A program made the translations under genes and the position numbers. Positions 10,156 to 17,838 of a stretch of DNA of 37,420 nt are shown in pieces. Positions within the stretch are counted from its first letter, which is position 1. Every line of letters starts with the position of its first letter. Source of the DNA: Candidatus Obscuribacteraceae bacterium (GTDB lineage Bacteria; Cyanobacteriota; Vampirovibrionia; Obscuribacterales; Obscuribacteraceae); the NCBI GenBank assembly GCA_044229845.1, contig JBGASG010000020.1, positions 1-37,420 of the forward strand, written 5' to 3'. The notes below the pieces were generated by a model. The model saw only the letters and a list, made by a program, of their open reading frames with translations. It was not told the origin of the DNA and searched no databases.

Positions 10156-10593
10156 TTACTTCTTCAGCCACTGATATCCTTCGTAGGCGCCAACGGCCAG
10201 CGCTGCGGCGATGGTGCCGCCAATCAGCACAGGCTTGGGAGTGATCGCTTTCAGGAAGGGCACCGGTTCTGCGAATTGCAGTGTCGCCCTGGTCGGATTG
10301 GCGCCCACCCAGGAAAGCAGTTCTGAACCTGCTTGATTGATGATGGCTTCCCCAAGTCTTTGCGCGCCAAACTGCCCAGCTGCTGTAATGGCGGCTCCAC
10401 CGACAAAAGCTGTTCCTGCGGTAATTAAAGTGGTTGTGTCGACCGGCGCTGGATCGTCTTTGAATCTCGCTAACCCAAAGCCGATAGTCTGACTATGTCG
10501 GCTAAGTGCGAGACTGGCGGCATCAGCTTCGCGCTGATAAGCACTCGGATTTTCGCCGCCGGCGCTAATGTTAGCGTCGCCTGGAAACGTCAT
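10156..10593 (-). CDS. Small Gly/Ala-rich hydrophobic protein, 145 aa, function unknown
   Basis: GAGGTG SD before ATG 10593 (MTFPGDAN); aligns end to end with the repaired 9678..10099 product. Confidence 0.8.
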   Translation of the reverse strand: MTFPGDANISAGGENPSAYQREADAASLALSRHSQTIGFGLARFKDDPAPVDTTTLITAGTAFVGGAAITAAGQFGAQRLGEAIINQAGSELLSWVGANPTRATLQFAEPVPFLKAITPKPVLIGGTIAAALAVGAYEGYQWLKK

Positions 10594-10694
10594 ATTCTTG
10601 TTGCACCTCAGACCAGGGAAATGGAGGGGGCTAGGAATAAAGGTAAGGCCAAAATGCCCCTCGCACATTGGGGTTTCTACGTACTCCATCCTCG

Positions 10695-10722
10695 AAAACT
10701 GAATTGATATCAATTCAGTTTT
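10695..10722. promoter_or_regulatory. Perfect 28-bp palindrome AAAACTGAATTGATATCAATTCAGTTTT (candidate operator)
   Basis: Exact self-reverse-complement, lying in the divergent intergenic region between the small-protein pair and gpsA. Confidence 0.65.
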
Positions 10723-10811
10723 TGCTTTACAGGTTCGTCGCAATTGCCCGCCAGTATCGCGATTTGGCAATTTTGCCGGTAAAATTGTGATTCTCCATTT
10801 TTCGGGAATTC

Positions 10812-11828
10812 ATGCAAAGCGAAGCGGGCGGTGGACAAGAGAAGATTGCCATTATCGGCGCTGGCAGTTGGGGCGCCACTCTGGCCAATCTTTTCGCCCG
10901 CAATGGCAAATCTGTAAGCCTCTGGTCGCATACGCCGGGCAAGGCTGAGAATCTGCGCGTGACGCGAGTGCTTGAAAAGCCCTTCAGGGTCGAATTCCCT
11001 GAGAACTTGGCAATCACCGGAAATCTAGATGAAGCCCTCAGTGGAGCCCCGGTGATACTCCTTTGCTGTCCGGCTCAGGCTATGCGTGAAGTAGCGGGGC
11101 GACTGGCCGGCCATGTCGATGAAGCTGCGGGTCCGGTACTGGTCAGTGCTGCTAAGGGACTGGAGCTTCACACTTTCAAGCGCATGACTGAAGTTTTGAG
11201 AGAAACTCTTCCCGAATTGCCGCGATGCTCGTTGTCTGGTCCAAATCTGGCCAAAGAAGTGCTGCTCAACATGCCGAGCGCTGCTGTCGTCTCTTGTGAA
11301 AACAGCAACGTCGCGCACCGGGTTCAGCAAATGCTTTCGGTTTCCACATTTCGGGTCTACACGAACGACGATGTCGTCGGGGTGGAACTGGGCGGTGCAT
11401 TGAAGAATGTCGTGGCGATTGCTGCCGGTGCCGTCAACGGACTGAAATTGGGAGACAATGCCCGGGCGGCACTTCTGACTCGTGGATTGGCTGAAATGAC
11501 GCGCCTTGCCGTTTCACTCGGGGCGCGCCCGACAACACTCATGGGACTCTCCGGGATGGGTGATCTGGTGGCGACCTGTTATAGTTCGCTGTCAAGAAAC
11601 TATAGCCTGGGTTTTGACATGGCTCAGGGTGTATCCTTCCAGGAAGCACAAGCGCGAGCCGGTGCTGTCGTTGAAGGTGTGACGACGACTTACGCAGTTT
11701 GCGAACTGTCCAGCAAGCTGTCCATAGAAATGCCGATCGCCGAACAGGTGGCGGCCGCCCTGCGGGGCGAGACAACCCCGAAAGGGGCAATTATGACCCT
11801 GATGGCCCGACCCCTATCCAGCGAGTAA
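10812..11828 (+). CDS. gpsA: NAD(P)H-dependent glycerol-3-phosphate dehydrogenase
   Basis: IIGAGSWG, AKGLE, LSGPNLA, GVELGGALKNV, GMGDLVATCYSSLSRN motifs. Confidence 0.97.
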   Translation: MQSEAGGGQEKIAIIGAGSWGATLANLFARNGKSVSLWSHTPGKAENLRVTRVLEKPFRVEFPENLAITGNLDEALSGAPVILLCCPAQAMREVAGRLAGHVDEAAGPVLVSAAKGLELHTFKRMTEVLRETLPELPRCSLSGPNLAKEVLLNMPSAAVVSCENSNVAHRVQQMLSVSTFRVYTNDDVVGVELGGALKNVVAIAAGAVNGLKLGDNARAALLTRGLAEMTRLAVSLGARPTTLMGLSGMGDLVATCYSSLSRNYSLGFDMAQGVSFQEAQARAGAVVEGVTTTYAVCELSSKLSIEMPIAEQVAAALRGETTPKGAIMTLMARPLSSE

Positions 11829-11851
11829 TAACGGTGGCAGAGAATCAAAAG

Positions 11852-13126
11852 ATGCGCATCCTCATGTTGTCCTGGGAATATCCGCCGCGAATCATCGGTG
11901 GATTGGCTCGTGTAGTCGCCGAGTTGTCGAAGCAACTCGTGAAACTACCTGGCGTCGAAGTGCACGTGGTGACAGCCGATCACCCCGGCACGCCTGAACA
12001 CGAACTTGATGAAGGTGTGCATGTGCACCGTGTCAAAACGCAGACCGATTGGACGCCGGATTTCTTGTCTTGGGTGCACAAACTCAATTATGGGCTGCTC
12101 GCGTACGCGCTGGAGCAGCATCGCAAGACGCCTTTCGATCTTATTCATGCGCATGATTGGATGGTTTGCGACTCGGCCTGGGCACTGAAAAAGGGATTGG
12201 GGTTGCCGATGATTGCCACCATCCACGCCACCGAAGCCGGTCGCATGCACGGTTTGCATAACGACCTCAATCGGTTCATCTCACAGGTGGAGTGGCGCCT
12301 TACATACGAAGCCTGGCACGTGATCGTCAACAGTCAATCGATGTTCGGCGAGTTGCAGCGGCTCTTCAACACACCGCCCAACAAGATGGCAATTGTGCCC
12401 AACGGCATCGACCCCGATAAGTTCGAAAACGACTACGATCCCCTGCCCATGCGTCGCCAATTTGCCTCCGAGTCGGAGAAGATTGTTCTTTTCGTCGGTC
12501 GCATGGTGCTGGAAAAAGGTGTGCAGGTATTGCTGCATGCGGCCCAACGCATTCTGCCGCAGGCGCCCGGCACGCGTTTCCTGATGGTCGGCACCGGCTA
12601 CTATCTGGATGATCTCAAACGAATCGCCAACGATCTCGGCGTGGCGCACAATGTCAGCTGGCTCGGCTACGTGACCGACCAGGATCTCCTGACGTTGTAC
12701 AAGGCGGCCGATGTCGTCACTATTCCCAGCCTTTATGAGCCTTTCGGCATCGTGGCGCTGGAAGGCATGGCGGCTCGTCGTCCGGTAGTTACTTCTGATG
12801 CCGGTGGATTGACCGACTTCGTCGAACATGGCGTGACCGGTATCACCACGTATGCCGGTGATGCGAACAGTCTCGCCTGGGGCATTCTCGAGGTCTTGCG
12901 TAATCCGCAAGTCGCCCATGGGCTCCAGGAGACAGCGTACGACAAAGTGAAACACATCTACAACTGGAAGGTGATCTCCAAGCGCACGCTGGAAGTCTAT
13001 GAGAAGGTTTTGAAAGAAGCAGCAGCCGTCGACAAAGATGGTGTGAGCTCTACGCCCAAGGTTCCGCTAACTGCCTCTGCACCGTCAGCGGTGCCGGCGT
13101 CCGGTTCCAAAAAACGCGAATCGTAA
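11852..13126 (+). CDS. GT4 (GT-B) glycosyltransferase, Rv3032-like
   Basis: MRILMLSWEYPP, HAHDW, TIHATEAGR, FVGR, EKG, PSLYEPFGIVALE motifs. An alternative GTG start exists at 11834. Confidence 0.9.
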   Translation: MRILMLSWEYPPRIIGGLARVVAELSKQLVKLPGVEVHVVTADHPGTPEHELDEGVHVHRVKTQTDWTPDFLSWVHKLNYGLLAYALEQHRKTPFDLIHAHDWMVCDSAWALKKGLGLPMIATIHATEAGRMHGLHNDLNRFISQVEWRLTYEAWHVIVNSQSMFGELQRLFNTPPNKMAIVPNGIDPDKFENDYDPLPMRRQFASESEKIVLFVGRMVLEKGVQVLLHAAQRILPQAPGTRFLMVGTGYYLDDLKRIANDLGVAHNVSWLGYVTDQDLLTLYKAADVVTIPSLYEPFGIVALEGMAARRPVVTSDAGGLTDFVEHGVTGITTYAGDANSLAWGILEVLRNPQVAHGLQETAYDKVKHIYNWKVISKRTLEVYEKVLKEAAAVDKDGVSSTPKVPLTASAPSAVPASGSKKRES

Positions 13127-13138
13127 GGGAGGGGTGAA

Positions 13139-15706
13139 ATGAAGGCAGTAATCATGGCGGGCGGTTCGGGAACGCGCCTGCGCCCGCTGACCAGCCATCT
13201 ACCGAAGCCGATGGTGCCGGTGGCCGGCAAACCGATGGCCGAGCATATCGTGCGTCTGCTCAAGAAGCACAATATGAAGGACATCATTTTCACGCTGCAT
13301 TATTTACCCGACTCGATCAAGGATTATTTTACTGACGGCAGCCAGTGGGGTTGCAATATCAATTATTCGGTGGAGGAAGGCCGTCCGCTCGGCACCGCCG
13401 GCTGTGTCAAAGCCATTCAAGACGCTCTCGACGACACGTTTGTCGTCATCTCCGGCGACGGACTGACGGACATCGATCTGACGAAAGCCGTCAAGTTTCA
13501 CAAAGAGAAAAAATCGAAAGCAACTCTCGTCTTAAAAAGGGTAGAAAACCCGCTCGAGTACGGCGTCGTCATCACCGACAACGACGGACGCATTCAGCGT
13601 TTCGTCGAAAAGCCGGGCGCCTCTGAAATCTTTTCAGACACGGTCAACACCGGCATCTACATTCTCGACCCGGAAGTGATGCTCTATGTGATTATGGGAC
13701 GCGAGCAGGATTTTTCCAACGACCTGTTCCCGCTGCTTTTGCTGCGCAACGAGCCGATGTACGGATACGTCGCCGATGGTTACTGGTGCGACGTCGGTAA
13801 CCTGGCAGTTTACCGGCAGGCGCACATCGATATTCTGGACGGCAAAGTCGACCTCGACCTGGACATGCCGCAAATCGAACCGTCCATCTGGGTGGGTGAA
13901 GGCTCTCAGATCGACTCCAGCGTGCGGCTGCAGCCGCCGGTTTTGATTGGACGCAACTGTCGCATCGGCAAAGACGCCGTCATCGAACCGCACACCGTCC
14001 TCGGTGACAACGTGGTGGTGCAGGAGAAGGCGTCTCTCAAGCATCCGGTAATTTGGAACAACTGCTATGTCGGCTCCGAGGCGGCGTTGCGCGCCTGCAT
14101 CGTCTGCAACAATGCCACCATCCATCGCTCGGCGGAAATCCTGGAAGGGGCTGTGATCGGGGCGACTTCCTCGATCGGTCAAGAAGCGCAGGTTCTGCCC
14201 GATGTGCGCATCTGGCCGGATAAAGTAATCGATGCCGGCGCCCGCGTCACCATGTCGGTGATCTGGGGCACGAAAGCGCCTCGTAACCTGTTTGGTGCCA
14301 ACGGGGTGCTGGGACTGGCAAACGTCGAGATCACACCCGAGTTCGCCGTCAAGCTTGCCGCCGCCTATGGTGCCACGGTGAAGAGCGGTCCGATCCTGGT
14401 CAGCCGCGATTACTGGGGCGTCAGCCGCATGGTCAGCCGGGCGATCGTTTCTGGCTTGATGTCCGTGGGTGTCGAAGTGCAGAACCTGGAAGCCATGCCG
14501 TTGCCCATCTCGCGCTATTACGTGAAGACGCAGCGGGCCACGGGGCTGATTCACTGCCGGGTTTCTCAGCGAGAGATCGGCAAGATGCGGATCGAATTTT
14601 ACGACAGCGAAGGTGTGGCGATCACCAAAGCCATGGAACGCAAGATCGAATCGACCTATTTCAAAGAAGACTTCCCCCGCTGTTTGCCGTCGGACGTCGG
14701 CGTGATCAGCTATCCCAGCCGGGTGCGCGAGTATTACATGGCTGAGTTTCTTAACCACGTCAAGGGACAGGTCTTCGAAAAAGATGCGGTGGCATTCTGC
14801 GTGGTGCCTGGTTCCAACTACACCCGCACCACCCGTGAAGGCGTGCAAACCACCCAGGCACCGAAAGTGGTGATCGACTATGCGATGGCCGAAACCGGCG
14901 TTATCCTGCCGGACCTGCTTGGACAGCTGGGTATCGAAACCGTTGTGCTCAACGCTTCTATAAGAGGCAACCCGCCGCGTCAGGAAGAGCGCATTTTGAT
15001 GCGCAAGCAACTGGCCGATGTGGTGCGGGCTCTCAACGCCGATCTGGGAGTGCAGGTCGGGCGCAACGGCGAACAGATTACGCTGGTCGATGAAACCGGA
15101 CAGATTATCCGCGGCGAACTCTTGCTGGCGGTGGTCGCCGATATCATCTTGCGTGACAAGCCTGGCAAGTCGATTGTGATTCCGGTCAACTCCAGTTCTG
15201 TGATTGAAAGAATCGCCGCTCGTTACGACTGCAAAGTGATTCGATGCAAGGCGTCCGAAACCGAAATCGGTTCAATGACCGCCAAGACTCCGGATGCGGT
15301 TCTGGGCGGCAGTGCCAATGGATGTTTTATCTTCCCGGAGTTCCAGAACGGTTACGACGCCATGTTTACGACCGGACAGCTGCTTGAGCATCTGACCTAT
15401 CAAGGGCGCAGCTTGCATCAGGCTGTCCAGGATCTGCCGCCTCTGGTGTATCAGGTCGACTCGGTGCACTGCCCGTGGGAACGCAAAGGCCGAGTCATGC
15501 GTCTTCTGGTCGAGAAGCACCACGACAGGCCGATGGAATTGTTGGACGGGGTGAAAATTCAAACACGCACCGACCACTGGATTTTGGTTTTGCCGGATGC
15601 CGTGGAACCGCTTGTCCACGTCTACGCCGATGGTGTAGATTTGCAGAGCACCTCGCAGGACCTCAACGAATACACCCAGCTGGTCAGATACTTCCAGCAC
15701 GCATAA
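13139..15706 (+). CDS. Mannose-1-phosphate guanylyltransferase-like NDP-sugar pyrophosphorylase with a left-handed beta-helix, fused to a phosphomannomutase-like domain
   Basis: MAGGSGTRLRPLT...PKPMVPV, FVEKP, YWCDVG, hexapeptide repeats, then LFGANGVLG (start of PMM domain I). GGAGG SD. Confidence 0.92.
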   Translation: MKAVIMAGGSGTRLRPLTSHLPKPMVPVAGKPMAEHIVRLLKKHNMKDIIFTLHYLPDSIKDYFTDGSQWGCNINYSVEEGRPLGTAGCVKAIQDALDDTFVVISGDGLTDIDLTKAVKFHKEKKSKATLVLKRVENPLEYGVVITDNDGRIQRFVEKPGASEIFSDTVNTGIYILDPEVMLYVIMGREQDFSNDLFPLLLLRNEPMYGYVADGYWCDVGNLAVYRQAHIDILDGKVDLDLDMPQIEPSIWVGEGSQIDSSVRLQPPVLIGRNCRIGKDAVIEPHTVLGDNVVVQEKASLKHPVIWNNCYVGSEAALRACIVCNNATIHRSAEILEGAVIGATSSIGQEAQVLPDVRIWPDKVIDAGARVTMSVIWGTKAPRNLFGANGVLGLANVEITPEFAVKLAAAYGATVKSGPILVSRDYWGVSRMVSRAIVSGLMSVGVEVQNLEAMPLPISRYYVKTQRATGLIHCRVSQREIGKMRIEFYDSEGVAITKAMERKIESTYFKEDFPRCLPSDVGVISYPSRVREYYMAEFLNHVKGQVFEKDAVAFCVVPGSNYTRTTREGVQTTQAPKVVIDYAMAETGVILPDLLGQLGIETVVLNASIRGNPPRQEERILMRKQLADVVRALNADLGVQVGRNGEQITLVDETGQIIRGELLLAVVADIILRDKPGKSIVIPVNSSSVIERIAARYDCKVIRCKASETEIGSMTAKTPDAVLGGSANGCFIFPEFQNGYDAMFTTGQLLEHLTYQGRSLHQAVQDLPPLVYQVDSVHCPWERKGRVMRLLVEKHHDRPMELLDGVKIQTRTDHWILVLPDAVEPLVHVYADGVDLQSTSQDLNEYTQLVRYFQHA

Positions 15707-15721
15707 GAAAGCAGCGTGACT

Positions 15722-17281
15722 ATGCGTAGACTGTTTCTACTTGCAGTTTCACTTTGTCTATTGTCACCGCCTGTGATGGCGGGCGAGGCAGAATGGGATG
15801 CAGCGTTCGACGCCGGCGCCAACGCGTACGGCAAGGGCGACTATGTAACCGCGGAGGCTGAGTTCCAGAAAGCCGCGACCGAAGCCAGGGCACTGGCTAA
15901 CGGGCAGCCGGACTCTCGTGTTGCTCAGACCTTGAACAATCTGGGACTGGTGCTCTACTCCCAGCGCAAAGCCGATGCGGCGGAGGCTGCCTACAAAGAA
16001 GCTCTGGACATCAGGCTGAAGCTGGCCGATCAGACGCCGCTCGGACCGCTGGCGCCGCTGCGCAACCTCGGTGCGCTCTATCGCGAGCAGCGCAAGTATG
16101 CCGATGCGCAAAAGTGTTATGAGCAAGCGGTGGCAATTTCGGAAAAGGCCGGCAATCAAGCGGAGCTGGCTACCAGTCTCAATGAGCTGGGATTGCTTTT
16201 CGCAAAGGAACGCAAACATACGCTGGCGGCACCACTGATCGAGAAAGCGGTGCAGATCACGGAGCAGGTATCGGGGGCGACATCGACCGGATTGGCCACT
16301 GTGCTTGCCAACCTGGCCGAGGTGCGGGCTGTGCTCGGCAAGTTGAATATCGCCGAGGGGCTCTACAAGCGGGCGCTGGACATTCGCCGGTCGGCCAACG
16401 ATGATCAGACAGTCGCCTCACTGGAAAATAGACTGGCGGGTGTTTATCGGGAGCAGGGCAAATTCGAGGATGCCGAGCCGTTGCTCAAAGACTCACTGGC
16501 ACTGGTTGAACGAGCAAAGCCGCGCAACATCGGCAATGAGATTGCGGCGATGAATTCACTGGCGGTGCTCTATCGAGAAGAAGGGCGCACGGACGAAGCA
16601 ATCGCTATCTACAAACGCGCTATCGAACTGCGCAAGACCAGCAATTCGAAGCCTGAAGACCTGGCGCGAGAGATGAACGAGCTGGCCACCGCCATGCGCG
16701 AGAAGGAGCAGTACGTGGAAGCGCTCAAGCTCTATCAGGAGTCGCTGGTCATTCTGGAGACCACCTTCGGAAAAGGCAGCGCCGAGTCGGCCACCACCGT
16801 TTCTCAAATAGCCGAAACTTACCGGGAAATGGGCGATCTCGGACAGGCCGAGACGTCGCTCAAAACCGAGGTGCAATCGCTTGAAGCCGGTACCACCGAT
16901 GGTGCTCAACTGGGCTCGTCGCTGACCGATCTCGCTCTCATTTATCGCGAGCAAGACCGATTCGACGAAGCAATCGATGCGTTCAAAAAAGCGCAGGCTG
17001 CCCTGGAAAAGTCGTCCGGACGCGACAGTGAAGAAGTTGGCAATGTGCTCAACAACCTTGGTAAAGTCTACGCAGCGGCCGGCAAGTTGCCGGAGGCTCA
17101 GGCGGCGTTTGCCGAAGCTTTGCGTATTCGACAGGCCACATTGGATCCCGCCGATCTCTCCATTGCCACCACTCTCAGAAGTTATGCGCAAGTCTTGAAG
17201 AAATTGAATCAGAGCGACCAGGCTGCAAAACTGGAAGCACAGGCAACAAACATCGAATCTAAGGCGTCAAACGAAGAATGA
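15722..17281 (+). CDS. Secreted/periplasmic tetratricopeptide-repeat protein
   Basis: Signal peptide MRRLFLLAVSLCLLSPPVMA; many LNNLG..Y..QGK...A...Y..AL repeats. Confidence 0.88.
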   Translation: MRRLFLLAVSLCLLSPPVMAGEAEWDAAFDAGANAYGKGDYVTAEAEFQKAATEARALANGQPDSRVAQTLNNLGLVLYSQRKADAAEAAYKEALDIRLKLADQTPLGPLAPLRNLGALYREQRKYADAQKCYEQAVAISEKAGNQAELATSLNELGLLFAKERKHTLAAPLIEKAVQITEQVSGATSTGLATVLANLAEVRAVLGKLNIAEGLYKRALDIRRSANDDQTVASLENRLAGVYREQGKFEDAEPLLKDSLALVERAKPRNIGNEIAAMNSLAVLYREEGRTDEAIAIYKRAIELRKTSNSKPEDLAREMNELATAMREKEQYVEALKLYQESLVILETTFGKGSAESATTVSQIAETYREMGDLGQAETSLKTEVQSLEAGTTDGAQLGSSLTDLALIYREQDRFDEAIDAFKKAQAALEKSSGRDSEEVGNVLNNLGKVYAAAGKLPEAQAAFAEALRIRQATLDPADLSIATTLRSYAQVLKKLNQSDQAAKLEAQATNIESKASNEE

Positions 17282-17697
17282 AAAATGTTTCCTACCTGAC
17301 TCTGGCGCTGACAGTTGTGGCTGTTTGTCTACCATTTTCGGTCCCCGGTGCTCGCGCCGACGATCAACCGCCGCCTGGTGCTCAGCGCTTCAGCGGCAAC
17401 ATCTCCTGGTACGGCAATCCCTTTCACGGTCGCAAAACCGCTTCCGGACAGATCTTCGACATGAACAAGCTGACGTCCGCGCACAAGAAGCTGCCGTTCT
17501 TTACCCGCGTGCTGGTTGAAAATCCCAAGACCGGCAAGACGGTGATTGTTTCCGTCACCGACCGCGGACCGTTCGTGAAAACGCGAGTCATGGATGTATC
17601 GCGGGAATCAGCCCGGCGCCTGGGTATCTTGCTGGGCGGCATCGCGTACGTCGACTGCACGATCGTCGGCAGCGGCACTGCTCAAGACATCAAATAG
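17278..17697 (+). CDS. rlpA: RlpA-family (DPBB) lytic-transglycosylase-like protein, without a SPOR domain
   Basis: SWYG..FHGRKTASGQIFDM..LTSAHKKLPF, TDRGPF and MDVS motifs; signal peptide; ATGA overlap with the TPR gene. Confidence 0.88.
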   Translation: MKNVSYLTLALTVVAVCLPFSVPGARADDQPPPGAQRFSGNISWYGNPFHGRKTASGQIFDMNKLTSAHKKLPFFTRVLVENPKTGKTVIVSVTDRGPFVKTRVMDVSRESARRLGILLGGIAYVDCTIVGSGTAQDIK

Positions 17698-17838
17698 TCG
17701 TTTTGTTTATTTATGCGACACACAAACGTCCAAAACGCCGCTCTGTTGGGCACAATAGTGTCAGACAGTCTAAGCCCGTCGCTCTGCTGTTGATCCGTGG
17801 GAAGCCCACGCACGGCTTGTTTTGAGAAGGAGATGTCT

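Noticed and set aside
13634..15010. Long antisense ORFs (also 2151..2960, 20451..21638, 25080..25793, 36347..37399)
   Set aside because: Shadow frames opposite well-supported genes in GC-rich DNA; they contain no recognisable motifs.
17797..17817. Small hairpin CGTGGG-AAG-CCCACG as a riboswitch or ncRNA
   Set aside because: Too short, and it matches no riboswitch consensus that I can recognise; an Rfam/Infernal scan of 17698-17838 would settle it.
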